A DNA stretch of 64,000 bases from assembly GCA_937893675.1 (NCBI GenBank), contig CALBGI010000055.1, forward strand, positions 11,164 to 75,163, in the 5' to 3' direction. A program made the translations under genes and the position numbers. This stretch comes from an uncultured Blautia sp. (GTDB lineage: Bacteria; Bacillota; Clostridia; Lachnospirales; Lachnospiraceae). Under the pieces are notes generated by a model, which worked only from the letters and a program-made list of their open reading frames with translations, was not told the origin of the DNA and searched no databases. Below are positions 40,869 to 50,515 of this stretch, in pieces (position 1 is the first letter of the stretch; each line of letters begins with the position of its first letter).

Positions 40869-41740
40869 GAAAGGTTGTGCTTGGTGCTGTGCAGATGCAG
40901 TGCACAAGGACGGTAACGGAAAATATTGAAAAGGCAGACAGCATGGTTCGCAAAGCGGCACAGCAGGGAGCGAATGTGATCCTTCTGCCGGAGCTTTTTG
41001 AGCGGCAGTATTTTTGTCAGGAACGAAAATATGAATACTACGCCTACGCAAAGCCGGTTCTGGAAAATGATGCGGTTCTGCATTTTCAGACGGTTGCAAA
41101 AGAGCTTGGCGTGGTGATTCCCGTAAGCTTCTATGAGAAGGACGGAGTGGTCCTGTACAACAGCGTGGCCATGATCGACGCGGACGGACAGATTCTTGGC
41201 GTATACCGCAAGACACATATTCCGGACGACCATTATTATCAGGAAAAATTTTATTTTACCCCCGGAAATACCGGCTTCACGGTGTGGAACACCCGTTTTG
41301 GCAGGGTGGGCGTGGGAATCTGCTGGGATCAGTGGTTTCCGGAAACGGCGAGATGCCTGGCGCTTGGGGGCGCGGAGATGCTCCTTTACCCTACCGCCAT
41401 CGGAAGCGAGCCCATTCTCAACTGTGACAGTATGCCCCACTGGAGAAGATGTATGCAGGGACATGCGGGCAGCAACCTTCTGCCGGTTGCGGCGGCCAAC
41501 CGCATCGGTCTGGAGACAGTAGAGCCGGATGAGGAAAATGGCGGGCAGAGCTCGTCGCTTTTGTTTTACGGTTCATCCTTTATCACAGACGAGACCGGAG
41601 AGCTTGTGGCTTCTGCATCCAGGGATAAGGAAGAAGTGCTCACCGCGGCCTTTGACCTGGACGAGGTGGAAGAAAACCGCATGAGCTGGGGTCTGTTCCG
41701 GGACAGAAGACCTCATTGCTACGAAAAAATAAAGCAGTAG
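40865..41740 (+). CDS. aguB: N-carbamoylputrescine amidase
   Basis: Nitrilase triad LPELF / YRKTHIP / [18 protein letters not shown]. Confidence 0.93.
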   Translation: MRKVVLGAVQMQCTRTVTENIEKADSMVRKAAQQGANVILLPELFERQYFCQERKYEYYAYAKPVLENDAVLHFQTVAKELGVVIPVSFYEKDGVVLYNSVAMIDADGQILGVYRKTHIPDDHYYQEKFYFTPGNTGFTVWNTRFGRVGVGICWDQWFPETARCLALGGAEMLLYPTAIGSEPILNCDSMPHWRRCMQGHAGSNLLPVAAANRIGLETVEPDEENGGQSSSLLFYGSSFITDETGELVASASRDKEEVLTAAFDLDEVEENRMSWGLFRDRRPHCYEKIKQ

Positions 41741-41753
41741 GGCGGGGAAGGCA

Positions 41754-42005
41754 ATGAAGGACATTCTGGTAAAACGTCTGGAGGTTCTTGACTTTGCCAT
41801 GGACTCTCCCAGGGAAACCCTGCAGAAAGCCTTTGCAAACGGGCTGATTGACGATGACAGGTGGCTGCAGATGCTGAGAAGCAGAAATCAGCTGGCGCAT
41901 GACTATGACGGAACCTTTGCGGCGGAGAAATTTCAGGATATCGTAAAAGTATACTGTCCATTATTTGAAAAACTGAAGGAAAACGCAGAGCGATATTACA
42001 GATAG
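41754..42005 (+). pseudogene. N-terminally truncated HI0074-type HEPN (nucleotidyltransferase substrate-binding) protein
   Basis: SPRETLQKAF..GLI..D..WL.ML..RNQLAH.YD with RxxxxH; the usual N-terminal part is missing. Confidence 0.65.
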
Positions 42006-42101
42006 GCAGGTTGCCAAAACCTGCTTCAGACTGCAGGCAAAGTCCCGGACAAAAGTCCGGGCGTTTCTTTTATCATGGAAAAGAAGAAAGAGGGGATAAA
42101 A

Positions 42102-42416
42102 ATGGATTTAAAAACATACCAGATTTTATGTTCAGATTCCAAAATAATTTGGACAAAACACTGTTTAGAACGAATGCAGGAACGAGATATCAGTCGTGCA
42201 GATGTGAAAAATGGAATAGCAACAGGAGAAATTATCGAAGACTATCCAGAAGATTATCCGAATCCCAGCTGTCTGATTTTTGGGTATACTGTTAATAATC
42301 GAATTTTGCATATCGTTGCCGGTTGTGATAGTATAAATATATACATCATAACAGCATATTACCCAGACACAAAGAAATTTGAAAACGATTTGAAGACAAG
42401 AAGAAAGGGGAAATAG
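42102..42416 (+). CDS. DUF4258-family protein (putative toxin)
   Basis: TKH..ERM.ER.I, GEIIEDYP.D.P.PSCLI.G, LHIV, IITAY.P. Confidence 0.8.
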   Translation: MDLKTYQILCSDSKIIWTKHCLERMQERDISRADVKNGIATGEIIEDYPEDYPNPSCLIFGYTVNNRILHIVAGCDSINIYIITAYYPDTKKFENDLKTRRKGK

Positions 42417-42418
42417 AT

Positions 42419-42646
42419 ATGTGTATGTTCTGTAAAAATACAACTACTGTAGAAAGTACGACCACCCATGTGGTAAACTATAAAAATTGCATTATCGTAG
42501 TCAAAAATGTACCTTGCCTTGAATGTGATCAGTGCGGCGAAAAATATTATACTGATGAAGTGGCTGAAAAATTGGAAATGATTGTGAACTTAGCCAAGAA
42601 GCTGATGCAGGAGATTGCTGTGATTGATTATAAGCATGCGGCATAA
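42419..42646 (+). CDS. YgiT/MqsA-type zinc-finger protein (putative antitoxin)
   Basis: MCxxC...KNVP...CxxCGE; directly follows DUF4258. Confidence 0.82.
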   Translation: MCMFCKNTTTVESTTTHVVNYKNCIIVVKNVPCLECDQCGEKYYTDEVAEKLEMIVNLAKKLMQEIAVIDYKHAA

Positions 42647-42795
42647 AAACAAAATGTAGTGTGACTTTAAATTGCCGTCACTATATATTATATATAGAGG
42701 TTGTGCTGCGGAACCTCGAGATGCCCGCAGCCTGGGGAGTTCATGCGTGGCCGTTTGATAAGGATAAAAAATATAGGGGCACTGGAAGATTGTTT

Positions 42796-43515
42796 ATGAA
42801 AGCTATCATTTGTGACGATGAAAAGAGTACCTGTCAGGATCTGGAGCGTTTATTATTAAAATACGCGAAGGAAAAGAGAACGCCTCTCGTTACCGAAGTA
42901 TTTTATTCGGGAGATACTTTGTTAGAGTATTTGAAAAGAGAAAAAGCGGATATTCTTTTTCTGGATATAGAATTACCGGGAATGAATGGGGTTTCTGTGG
43001 GAAAATACATCAGGGAGATTTTGGAGGATGAAAATATATTTTTGATATATATTTCTTCAAAACAGAATTATGCACTGCAGTTGTTCCAAAATCATCCGTT
43101 TGATTTTTTGATAAAACCCATAGAACAGGAAAAGGTGTATCATGTGCTGAAAAATATCTGTCGTATTGCAGGAAAAAGTAATTTGAGTTTTGAGTTTCAG
43201 AATCAGAATGACAGATATCGGATTGCGTACAATGATATTTTGTATTTTCAGAGCGAAGGAAGAAGAATAAACATTATATTGAAAAAAGAAATAAAAACAT
43301 TTTATGGAAAGCTAAGTGAGATTGAAGAAAAAATGCCGGAATTCTTTTGGAAGATCCACAAGTCTTATCTGATTAATCGAAATTATGCAAAAGAATTCAC
43401 TTATGAATGGGTAAAAATGAGTAATGGTGATATATTGAACATCAGTAAAGTCAACCGCGCGGATGTACGCAGAAAGATATTAGAGAGTGTAGCAGATGAG
43501 TTTAGAAATATATGA
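42796..43515 (+). CDS. LytTR-family response regulator
   Basis: ICDDE, LFLDIEL, FLIKP receiver motifs; ILYF.S...IHKSYLIN LytTR domain. Confidence 0.92.
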   Translation: MKAIICDDEKSTCQDLERLLLKYAKEKRTPLVTEVFYSGDTLLEYLKREKADILFLDIELPGMNGVSVGKYIREILEDENIFLIYISSKQNYALQLFQNHPFDFLIKPIEQEKVYHVLKNICRIAGKSNLSFEFQNQNDRYRIAYNDILYFQSEGRRINIILKKEIKTFYGKLSEIEEKMPEFFWKIHKSYLINRNYAKEFTYEWVKMSNGDILNISKVNRADVRRKILESVADEFRNI

Positions 43516-44772
43516 TTATATAATCGCATTATTGACAAACGCATTGCGCTTTTATGCGTTGAAGCATTTTGTTTGTATTTTTGCCCCAAAAGAGACATGC
43601 AAATGGAAGTGGGGGGGCTGCTGTACGTTTTGGGCTGGGCATTGACAAGCCTGGTAAGCTTTTGCTTTTCTTCTCCGGCCATGAATATCCTGTCAAATGT
43701 GACAAGCCTTTTTATCATTTTTTTGCCGTATCAAATTAAATGGACAAGAAAATGTCTGGCTGTTTTTGCCATTTATGTGATTAATGCGTTGGTAGACAGC
43801 ATTGTGATTTTGTCTCTGACAACGTATGTGGTAGGCGAATCTGTAAATCAGATCTATGAATGTATTACAAGCCTGATCCTGCTGTTTATTGCAATGCTTC
43901 TGGAGCGGAAAACACGGGCTGAAAAAGAAATAGAATTGCCGCTGCCATACATGGTAGCTCTCTTGCTGGTTCCTGTTGCGAGCATTGTTTATATTTATAT
44001 ATTGGTAATCACTGTGCATGAAATAAAAGCAATTGTTATCTTGTCGGCGGTAACCCTTCTTTTTATCAATATCCTTCTTTTTTATTTGTATCATTCACTG
44101 CTTAAATTTTATTCTTCCCAAATGAATGAACGTGTATTTGAACAGATGCTGGAGGTATATTCCTATCAGCTGGATATAGCGCGGGAGTCGGAGGAACGGG
44201 TCAAAGCGTTGAGACATGATATCAAGCATCATATCATTGAGCTGTCAGCAATGGCCAGGAAAAATAATAATGATGAAATGGCAGCGTATTTGACGGAGAT
44301 GCAGGAATTTATGTTAAATCCGAAAGAATACGCATCTACCGGAAACAAGGAGATAGACGGAGTATTAAATTATATGCTTCAGAAGGCAAATACGGCTTTG
44401 AAGCAGGTAGACGTGCAGATCAATATTCCGGAAGGCATGTATTTGAATGATTTTAATATTTGTGTGATCCTGGGGAATTTGGTGGACAATGCGGTGAGGG
44501 CGGCCAGCAAATCGGAGGAAAAGAGACTGACAATAAAAATCCAAGTCAAACAGGAAGTATTATTTATTTTTATTGAAAACAGTTATTCGGGAGAGATCAT
44601 AGAAAAGACGGATACACTGCAGACAACACAAAAGGATCCTGCGATACACGGCATAGGGTTAGAAAATGTAAAAAAAGTAGTTGCTGCAAACGGCGGAGAA
44701 ATAAAAATAGAATACACGGAAAATAGATTTTGTGTGCAGGTGTTGCTGTATCTTTCGCATATCAAAGAGTAA
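43496..44772 (+). CDS. AgrC/VirS-like GHKL sensor histidine kinase, frameshifted at the G7 tract 43611-43617
   Basis: LRHDIKHH, ILGNLVDNA, HGIGL; the N-terminal coding piece from ATG 43496 is in a different frame from the main ORF and G8 would join them. Confidence 0.82.
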
Positions 44773-44800
44773 AAGAGACTTGGCTGGGTCTCTTTTTTTT
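44772..44800 (+). terminator. Intrinsic terminator
   Basis: AAAAGAGACTT-GGCT-GGGTCTCTTTTTTTT. Confidence 0.75.
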
Positions 44801-44806
44801 CGTCTT

Positions 44807-44871
44807 TTTTTTACAAAAGTATGGGCTGTTTTTTACAATCAAATAAAAACTACGCCCATACGTGCTATAGT
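44807..44871 (+). promoter_or_regulatory. Putative LytTR-activated promoter
   Basis: TTTTTTACAA direct repeats 22 bp apart (44807, 44829); extended -10 TGcTATAGT (44863-44871); no good -35. Confidence 0.55.
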
Positions 44872-44903
44872 GCAGGTATTAAAGAAAAAGGAGCAGGATT
44901 GAT

Positions 44904-46007
44904 ATGAAAAAATGGAGAGGATTTTGTCTGGTAGTATGTATATGTACGATTTGTGCTGGATGTAACAAGAGTGCTGTAGACGTCAAAGAAAAAGCCGGGG
45001 AAGAAATAGTTTCAATGGAAGAAGCAGAATATAGCTTCCCGGAAAAGTATGAAAAAACCTCTGATTCGGGGAAGGTAAAATTTAATTGTGAGTTGGAAGT
45101 GCCGGAAAATATAAAAGGACAAGCCATAAGTACAGTTGATGTAAAGGGACTATATAGATGTGACAGAGAAAAAGCATGGTCTATGTTTGGTGAAGGAAAA
45201 GAAATAATTGAAAAACCAGAAATGCCAGTAGATAAAGGGAGGGCACCGTATGACTATTATCGATTTGCGAATAATGAAAGTCTTGGTATAAATGAAGAAA
45301 TTATTTACGGAAGCAGCAATTTCAAATATTATTCATACATCGGCGTAACTAATTCAGACAATCAAGCTGTATTTGAAGAAACGGAAGTTTCTTTTAAAAG
45401 CGGCGAAGAATGTATTACAGAATTAAAAAAAATAATAGATGAATTGGGATACCCTTCAGAAGACTTTATATTTGCCTTTTACCCCTTGAATTTCCGGACA
45501 ATGAAAAATCTGGAAGAACAATATTTACAGGAAGATTATTTAACAGAAGAAAAAAGAAAGGAAAGTTGGAGCCAGGAAGATGATGCGTATTTTATTTACG
45601 GGTATCAAAAATATGAAGACATTCCCGTTTTTCATGAAATGATGAGTATTGCCGGAATCATGGCATATGATACTCCGGATAATGCTCCTGTTCAGGCAAT
45701 ATATTCTACCCGGGGAATTGAATATTTGAATACTATGGGCGTTTATGAATTTGAAAAGGGAGAACAACAAGTTTCGCTGAAGCCTTTCGAGGATATTGCT
45801 GCTGTGGTTGAGGAAAAATTTGAGAATATTTTAAATGATGCGGATTATGAAGTGACGAGAGCAAAATTTTATGAGAGGGTATATTTGGATGAGGGACAAA
45901 AATATAAGGCAGATCCTATCTGGTATTTTGAAGTAGTCGAAAATAATATAAGTAAATCTGTAACATTAATTAATGCGGAAACAGGCAAGGAAATATTCTT
46001 GCAATAA
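44904..46007 (+). CDS. Hypothetical lipoprotein, paralog of 48617..49654
   Basis: Signal peptide with lipobox-like CAG-C; PepSY-like end WYF...INAETGKE; AAGGAG RBS. Confidence 0.75.
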   Translation: MKKWRGFCLVVCICTICAGCNKSAVDVKEKAGEEIVSMEEAEYSFPEKYEKTSDSGKVKFNCELEVPENIKGQAISTVDVKGLYRCDREKAWSMFGEGKEIIEKPEMPVDKGRAPYDYYRFANNESLGINEEIIYGSSNFKYYSYIGVTNSDNQAVFEETEVSFKSGEECITELKKIIDELGYPSEDFIFAFYPLNFRTMKNLEEQYLQEDYLTEEKRKESWSQEDDAYFIYGYQKYEDIPVFHEMMSIAGIMAYDTPDNAPVQAIYSTRGIEYLNTMGVYEFEKGEQQVSLKPFEDIAAVVEEKFENILNDADYEVTRAKFYERVYLDEGQKYKADPIWYFEVVENNISKSVTLINAETGKEIFLQ

Positions 46008-46029
46008 AAATTAGCGAAAGGGATGTTTT

Positions 46030-46251
46030 ATGAATAGATCCACAATTCCTTATTCAATTGTAGAAGAACGAAGAAGGCTCAATAAATGTATAGAGAATGC
46101 CCCGAATGAGTGTGAGAAAGAAATATACAGAAAGATCAGGGATATGAAGATTCCCTATGACAAATTGGATACAATTCTCGAAACAAGCAAAGAGCTGATT
46201 AAAAAGAAAGAGAAACAAAAAAATGATGTTATTCCTGATAAATGTAAGTAG
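46030..46251 (+). CDS. Small hydrophilic hypothetical protein
   Basis: 73-aa ORF with AAAGGGA RBS filling the gap in the operon. Confidence 0.5.
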   Translation: MNRSTIPYSIVEERRRLNKCIENAPNECEKEIYRKIRDMKIPYDKLDTILETSKELIKKKEKQKNDVIPDKCK

Positions 46252-46322
46252 CTTTGCTGCAGGTATTTGTGTATTTATTTTTTTCTGTGGAAAAAGAGCT
46301 GTTTACAAAAGGAGAGAAACGG

Positions 46323-47090
46323 ATGAATAGAGCACATTATTTAAAGACGGATATCCGTCGTCTGATAAAAAATTATCCAATATATTTAGCCATTGTGGGT
46401 GTTGCAGTATCCATGTGGTTTTCCCTTGAAGATTTTGCGTTTGCTGAGGGAATGGTAAATGGAAATGCGCTAGATACATACCATTTCGCTGTTAGTATGT
46501 CCGGGATTATGATTGCCTATGCTTTTTGCGCATTTTCTTATGCAACTGTGTTTTGTGAGGATTTGGAGCATAAATATGCCAGATACGGCATTAACAGAGG
46601 AAATACATGGAAATATGTGGTATCCAAAGCAGTGGTTGTTTATGGATCGTCTGTGATCACTATGGTTTTGGGAAGCCTTCTGTTTGTTGCATCTATACGG
46701 TTAAAGATACCTTGGACTTCAGAGGGATTACAGGATGCTTTTTTTATGGAAGGAATGTACGGTTCCCTGATTGTTGGAGAACACTACTGGCCTTATGTTT
46801 TTTTATTCGCATTGCAAATGGGGATGCTTGCAGGGGTCTTGTCATTGGCGGCTTCATTTCTGTCTATGTTTGTTTCTAATAAAATGCTCATATTAATAAC
46901 ACCTGTTTTAATACAACAGATATTAATGGAATACAGTGGAAAAGGCTGGTTCAATGCAATGCTGATATATCCGACCTTGAATCGGTTTTCGACGGATATA
47001 CAGTACTTTCTTACTGCTCTCGGTTGCAGTTTATGTTTTTCAGCGTTGTTTACCTGTGGCATCTACAAAAAAATAAAAAACAGATTGTAG
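46323..47090 (+). CDS. Multi-pass membrane protein, putative ABC-2-type permease
   Basis: About six TM segments, D.E....Y...R....Y..SK pattern; AAAGGAG RBS; operon with ABC ATPase. Confidence 0.72.
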   Translation: MNRAHYLKTDIRRLIKNYPIYLAIVGVAVSMWFSLEDFAFAEGMVNGNALDTYHFAVSMSGIMIAYAFCAFSYATVFCEDLEHKYARYGINRGNTWKYVVSKAVVVYGSSVITMVLGSLLFVASIRLKIPWTSEGLQDAFFMEGMYGSLIVGEHYWPYVFLFALQMGMLAGVLSLAASFLSMFVSNKMLILITPVLIQQILMEYSGKGWFNAMLIYPTLNRFSTDIQYFLTALGCSLCFSALFTCGIYKKIKNRL

Positions 47091-47100
47091 AGGTGGGAAC

Positions 47101-47961
47101 ATGAAGTTATTACAGTATACCTGGAAAAGTTTCATGATGAAAATTATCAATAGCAAAATGGCAGTTTTTACAATATTGATGATTGTAGTCAGCCGAACAT
47201 ATGTGGGGGCTATCCGACAGTTTTCAGTTGCAGTGGACTATCCATCCTCGTGGTGTGTATTTCCATTTGCCATGTGTAGTTTTAGTTATCTAATTATGTT
47301 TTGGTTTGGAGTAATTTATGTGAACACGGATGTGCCTTTTATGCAGCATGTGAATATGTACCATGCAATCCGTGTAGGAAGAAAGCGTTGGGCATTAGGG
47401 CAGATAGGAGGGATTTTTATCCGTTCCGTTGTTCTTACTGTTGTGGCAGCCATCTGCACAATACTCCCTCTTTTACCGGACATTGAATGGAGCAATGAAT
47501 GGGGAAAGCTGCTGAGGACGGCAGCAACGACAAGGACTCTCACGCAGTTTGATAGTCCTGTGTTTATTTATTACGAGATTTTCTCTGAATTTTCGCCATT
47601 ACAGCTTATAGGGCTGGAGATTCTTCTTTGTGCCTGTATCTGTACATTTATAGGGGTTCTGATGTTCTTGTTAAGTCTGTTTTTGAATAAGATTGCTGCA
47701 GTTGCAGGTGGTCTTGCCCTGGCAATCGCTCTATTTCCTGTGCTGAATATACATCCCATGATACGCCATAAACTGGCCTTTTTTATCCCGACGATATGGG
47801 CTGAACTGGCAAGAATTGCAACCCCGGATTATGGTTACTATTGGCTTCCCTCCATATCTTATATGTTCGGGTTCTTAATAACAGGGATTTTGTGTATGAC
47901 GGTCATTATTTTAATAAAAGTAAAAAAAACAGAATTTAACTGGGAAAATGAGGATATATAG
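47101..47961 (+). CDS. Multi-pass membrane protein, putative ABC permease
   Basis: About six TM segments, D.PF......Y..IR.G.K.W pattern; GAGG RBS. Confidence 0.72.
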   Translation: MKLLQYTWKSFMMKIINSKMAVFTILMIVVSRTYVGAIRQFSVAVDYPSSWCVFPFAMCSFSYLIMFWFGVIYVNTDVPFMQHVNMYHAIRVGRKRWALGQIGGIFIRSVVLTVVAAICTILPLLPDIEWSNEWGKLLRTAATTRTLTQFDSPVFIYYEIFSEFSPLQLIGLEILLCACICTFIGVLMFLLSLFLNKIAAVAGGLALAIALFPVLNIHPMIRHKLAFFIPTIWAELARIATPDYGYYWLPSISYMFGFLITGILCMTVIILIKVKKTEFNWENEDI

Positions 47962-47972
47962 GAGTGAAATAT

Positions 47973-48620
47973 ATGGACAGACAGGATTATGTAATTGAAG
48001 TATCTCATGTAAGTAAAAGCTTTAAAGATAACAAGGTTTTAAAGGATGTTTCTCTTTTATGTGAAAGTGGAAAAATATATGGTCTTGTAGGGCACAACGG
48101 TTCCGGAAAGACTGTTTTGTTTAAATCTATTTGCGGTTTTCTCTCCTGCGATGAGGGAACGATAACCGTTAACGGTAAAGTAATGGGAAAAGATAAGGAT
48201 ATGCTGACTGATGCGGGAATCATTATTGAAGAACCGGGGTTTTTGCGAACCTGGAGTGGCTATCATAATCTGGAATTTCTTTATACTTTACGGAACAAAA
48301 AGAACAAAGACTATCTCTGCTCTGTTCTGAGAAAGGTTGGTTTGGATCCTGCATTGAAGCGTCCGGTTGGAAAATATTCACTGGGTATGCGCCAGAGACT
48401 TGCCCTTGCACAGGCGATTATGGAAGATCCCGGAATCCTGATCTTGGACGAACCTATGAATGGTCTGGATAAAAATGGAGTGCAGGAGATTCGGGAGCTT
48501 TTGTTAAAGATGAAAGAAGAAAACAAACTGATTATTCTGGCCAGTCATAACCGGGAGGATATAGATGTTCTTTGTGATGAGGTTTATGAAATGGAAGGAG
48601 GCGTCATTCGTAAATTATGA
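47973..48620 (+). CDS. ABC transporter ATP-binding protein (exporter type)
   Basis: GHNGSGKT, YSLGMRQRL, ILDEPMNGLD, ASH. Confidence 0.93.
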   Translation: MDRQDYVIEVSHVSKSFKDNKVLKDVSLLCESGKIYGLVGHNGSGKTVLFKSICGFLSCDEGTITVNGKVMGKDKDMLTDAGIIIEEPGFLRTWSGYHNLEFLYTLRNKKNKDYLCSVLRKVGLDPALKRPVGKYSLGMRQRLALAQAIMEDPGILILDEPMNGLDKNGVQEIRELLLKMKEENKLIILASHNREDIDVLCDEVYEMEGGVIRKL

Positions 48621-49654
48621 AAAAAAGCATAGGGCTTTTGGGCATATGCGCAGTGTTGTGTCTGATGTCGAGCCGAAGCGTATTTGCGCAGACTTATGAG
48701 AGAGACTCTGAATCCGGTAAAGTCCGATTTCAGTGCGAAATAGAGGTTCCGCAGGATTGGAACGGAAAAGAGCTCCCCCAAATTGTTTTAGAAAGTGTTG
48801 ACCTCGGAGACAGCGAAAAAGTATATGCAAATTTTGTAGAGGGAAAAGAAGTTATTGAGCAGTATCATAATCCGGCAACGGAACAATATCCGGAAGAAAA
48901 CTTTTATATTCTGGCAGACGGTACACATGTGGACAAGGGAAAAGCGTTTGGGATTTCTACGGAAAATTATGCGTATTATGGGCAAATTGGTGCAACAAAT
49001 CCTGAAAATATGGAACGTTACCTTTCTGGGCCGGAAGTTTCCGTGAATGCGGAGGAAGCTGTGCAGCAGGTGAAGGAAGCTCTTCAAAAAGCCGGGTATG
49101 CAGTGGAGGAGCTGGATTTTCAGACTTATCCTCTGAGTGCAAAGGTGTCGCAGGAAATCGAAAACCAGTACGTTGCAGAGGCGTTGTTGGAAGAGGCCAA
49201 AAGAAAGCCTGCATGGACACAGGAGGACGATGCCTGTGTCGTGTATGCGAGGCAGATGATAAACAGCTTGCCGGTTTATCCGGAATTATCGGTTATGGTG
49301 CAGGCGTTTGCCTATGATACTCCGGATTCCTGTCCGGTATTAGCTGTTTATTCTACAAGAGGAATAGAAAGTCTGCGCGTGCATTCTTTGTATCATTTTA
49401 AAGAAACGGAAGAAAGTACGGCGCTGAAAAGCTTTGATGAAATTGCGAAAACTGTGGAAATAAAATATGAAAATATTTTGGACGAAAAAACGTATATGGT
49501 GGAACGGGCAAAATTTTATGAATATGTATATAGAAATGAAGCACAGAAGTACACCGCGGAGCCTGTCTGGTATCTGGAATTGACGGATGATAATTCTGAA
49601 AGGCATGTGATGCTTGTGAATGCGGAGACAGGTAAGGAGATATATTTAATGTAA
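48617..49654 (+). CDS. Hypothetical secreted protein, paralog of 44904..46007
   Basis: Signal peptide; shared blocks SGKV.F.CE.EVP, AYDTPD..PV.A.YSTRGIE, NAETGKEI. Confidence 0.78.
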   Translation: MKKSIGLLGICAVLCLMSSRSVFAQTYERDSESGKVRFQCEIEVPQDWNGKELPQIVLESVDLGDSEKVYANFVEGKEVIEQYHNPATEQYPEENFYILADGTHVDKGKAFGISTENYAYYGQIGATNPENMERYLSGPEVSVNAEEAVQQVKEALQKAGYAVEELDFQTYPLSAKVSQEIENQYVAEALLEEAKRKPAWTQEDDACVVYARQMINSLPVYPELSVMVQAFAYDTPDSCPVLAVYSTRGIESLRVHSLYHFKETEESTALKSFDEIAKTVEIKYENILDEKTYMVERAKFYEYVYRNEAQKYTAEPVWYLELTDDNSERHVMLVNAETGKEIYLM

Positions 49655-49666
49655 GCCAGATAAGAC

Positions 49667-49708
49667 AAAGACTCTTTCCCAAATAGAAGGGATGGAGTCT
49701 TTTTTTTG
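49667..49708 (+). terminator. Intrinsic terminator
   Basis: AAAGACTCTTTCCC...GGGATGGAGTCTTTTTTTT. Confidence 0.7.
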
Positions 49709-49802
49709 AGCAGTTTATTGATATTCATTGGGTTTTAGAGTATTGTAGGGATTAAGAGGAAGGTTGTGTATCGATTTGGCACAGGTGAAAGGAGGATGCA
49801 CC

Positions 49803-50399
49803 ATGGACAAAAAAACAGGCTACTGCACGGAAGAAGCCCGTCTGCAGGCAGATTATGAGGAGATGGAAACAAAAGCCTATGAGGCGGCGAAGGAGCTGCT
49901 TGCCGCGGCTGGACTTAAAAAAGGCCAGGTTCTGGTGGTGGGCTGCTCCACCAGCGAGGTGGCGGGAGAGCGCATCGGCAGTTTTTCAAGCCCGGAGCTG
50001 GGCCAGGCGCTGTTTCGGGGGATTTACCGCGCGGCACAGGAAGCAGAGGTTTATCTGGCGGCGCAGTGCTGCGAGCATCTGAACCGGGCGCTGATCCTGG
50101 AGCGGGAGGCGGCAGAAAAATACGGCTGGGAGGAGGTCAATGTGGTTCCCAAGCCAAAGGCCGGAGGCTCTTTTGCCACGGCTGCCTATGAGGGCTTTGC
50201 GCACCCGGCGGCAGTAGAGCACATCAAAGCCCACGGGGGAATGGACATCGGTGATACGCTCATCGGCATGCACCTTCGGGATGTGGCGGTTCCCGTGCGG
50301 ATTTCGGCAAAAAGTATCGGGGAGGCACATCTGGTGTGCGCGCGGACGAGAAGAAAGTACATTGGCGGCCAGCGGGCCTCCTATGAAGAGTGGGCATAA
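49803..50399 (+). CDS. TIGR01440/YwlG (DUF436)-family protein
   Basis: VVGCSTSEV.G..IG, QCCEHLNRAL, AGGS, DIGDTLIGMHL. Confidence 0.88.
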   Translation: MDKKTGYCTEEARLQADYEEMETKAYEAAKELLAAAGLKKGQVLVVGCSTSEVAGERIGSFSSPELGQALFRGIYRAAQEAEVYLAAQCCEHLNRALILEREAAEKYGWEEVNVVPKPKAGGSFATAAYEGFAHPAAVEHIKAHGGMDIGDTLIGMHLRDVAVPVRISAKSIGEAHLVCARTRRKYIGGQRASYEEWA

Positions 50400-50515
50400 T
50401 GTATATTTTTGTGCACAAATATATGTTTGAACTAGATAATATAGCTAACATGTGTTATACTTAGACACGTATTAAGTGCGAATCAGAAAAATGATTTAAT
50501 AAGGAAGGTGAGCAA

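Noticed and set aside
39702..41216. 504-aa minus-strand ORF, and similar long antisense ORFs at 26512-27738, 28289-29662, 37245-38375, 51215-52564 and 57345-58562
   Set aside because: Each lies opposite a well-supported gene and has non-protein-like composition; expected from codon bias
46030..46251. 73-aa ORF as an AgrD-like or bacteriocin precursor
   Set aside because: No double-glycine leader, no AgrD-like layout, and no agrB or modification enzymes nearby
50408..50419. TTTGTGCACAAA palindrome upstream of rnfC2 as a Rex operator
   Set aside because: Lacks the spacer of the TTGTGAA-N4-TTCACAA Rex site; single occurrence
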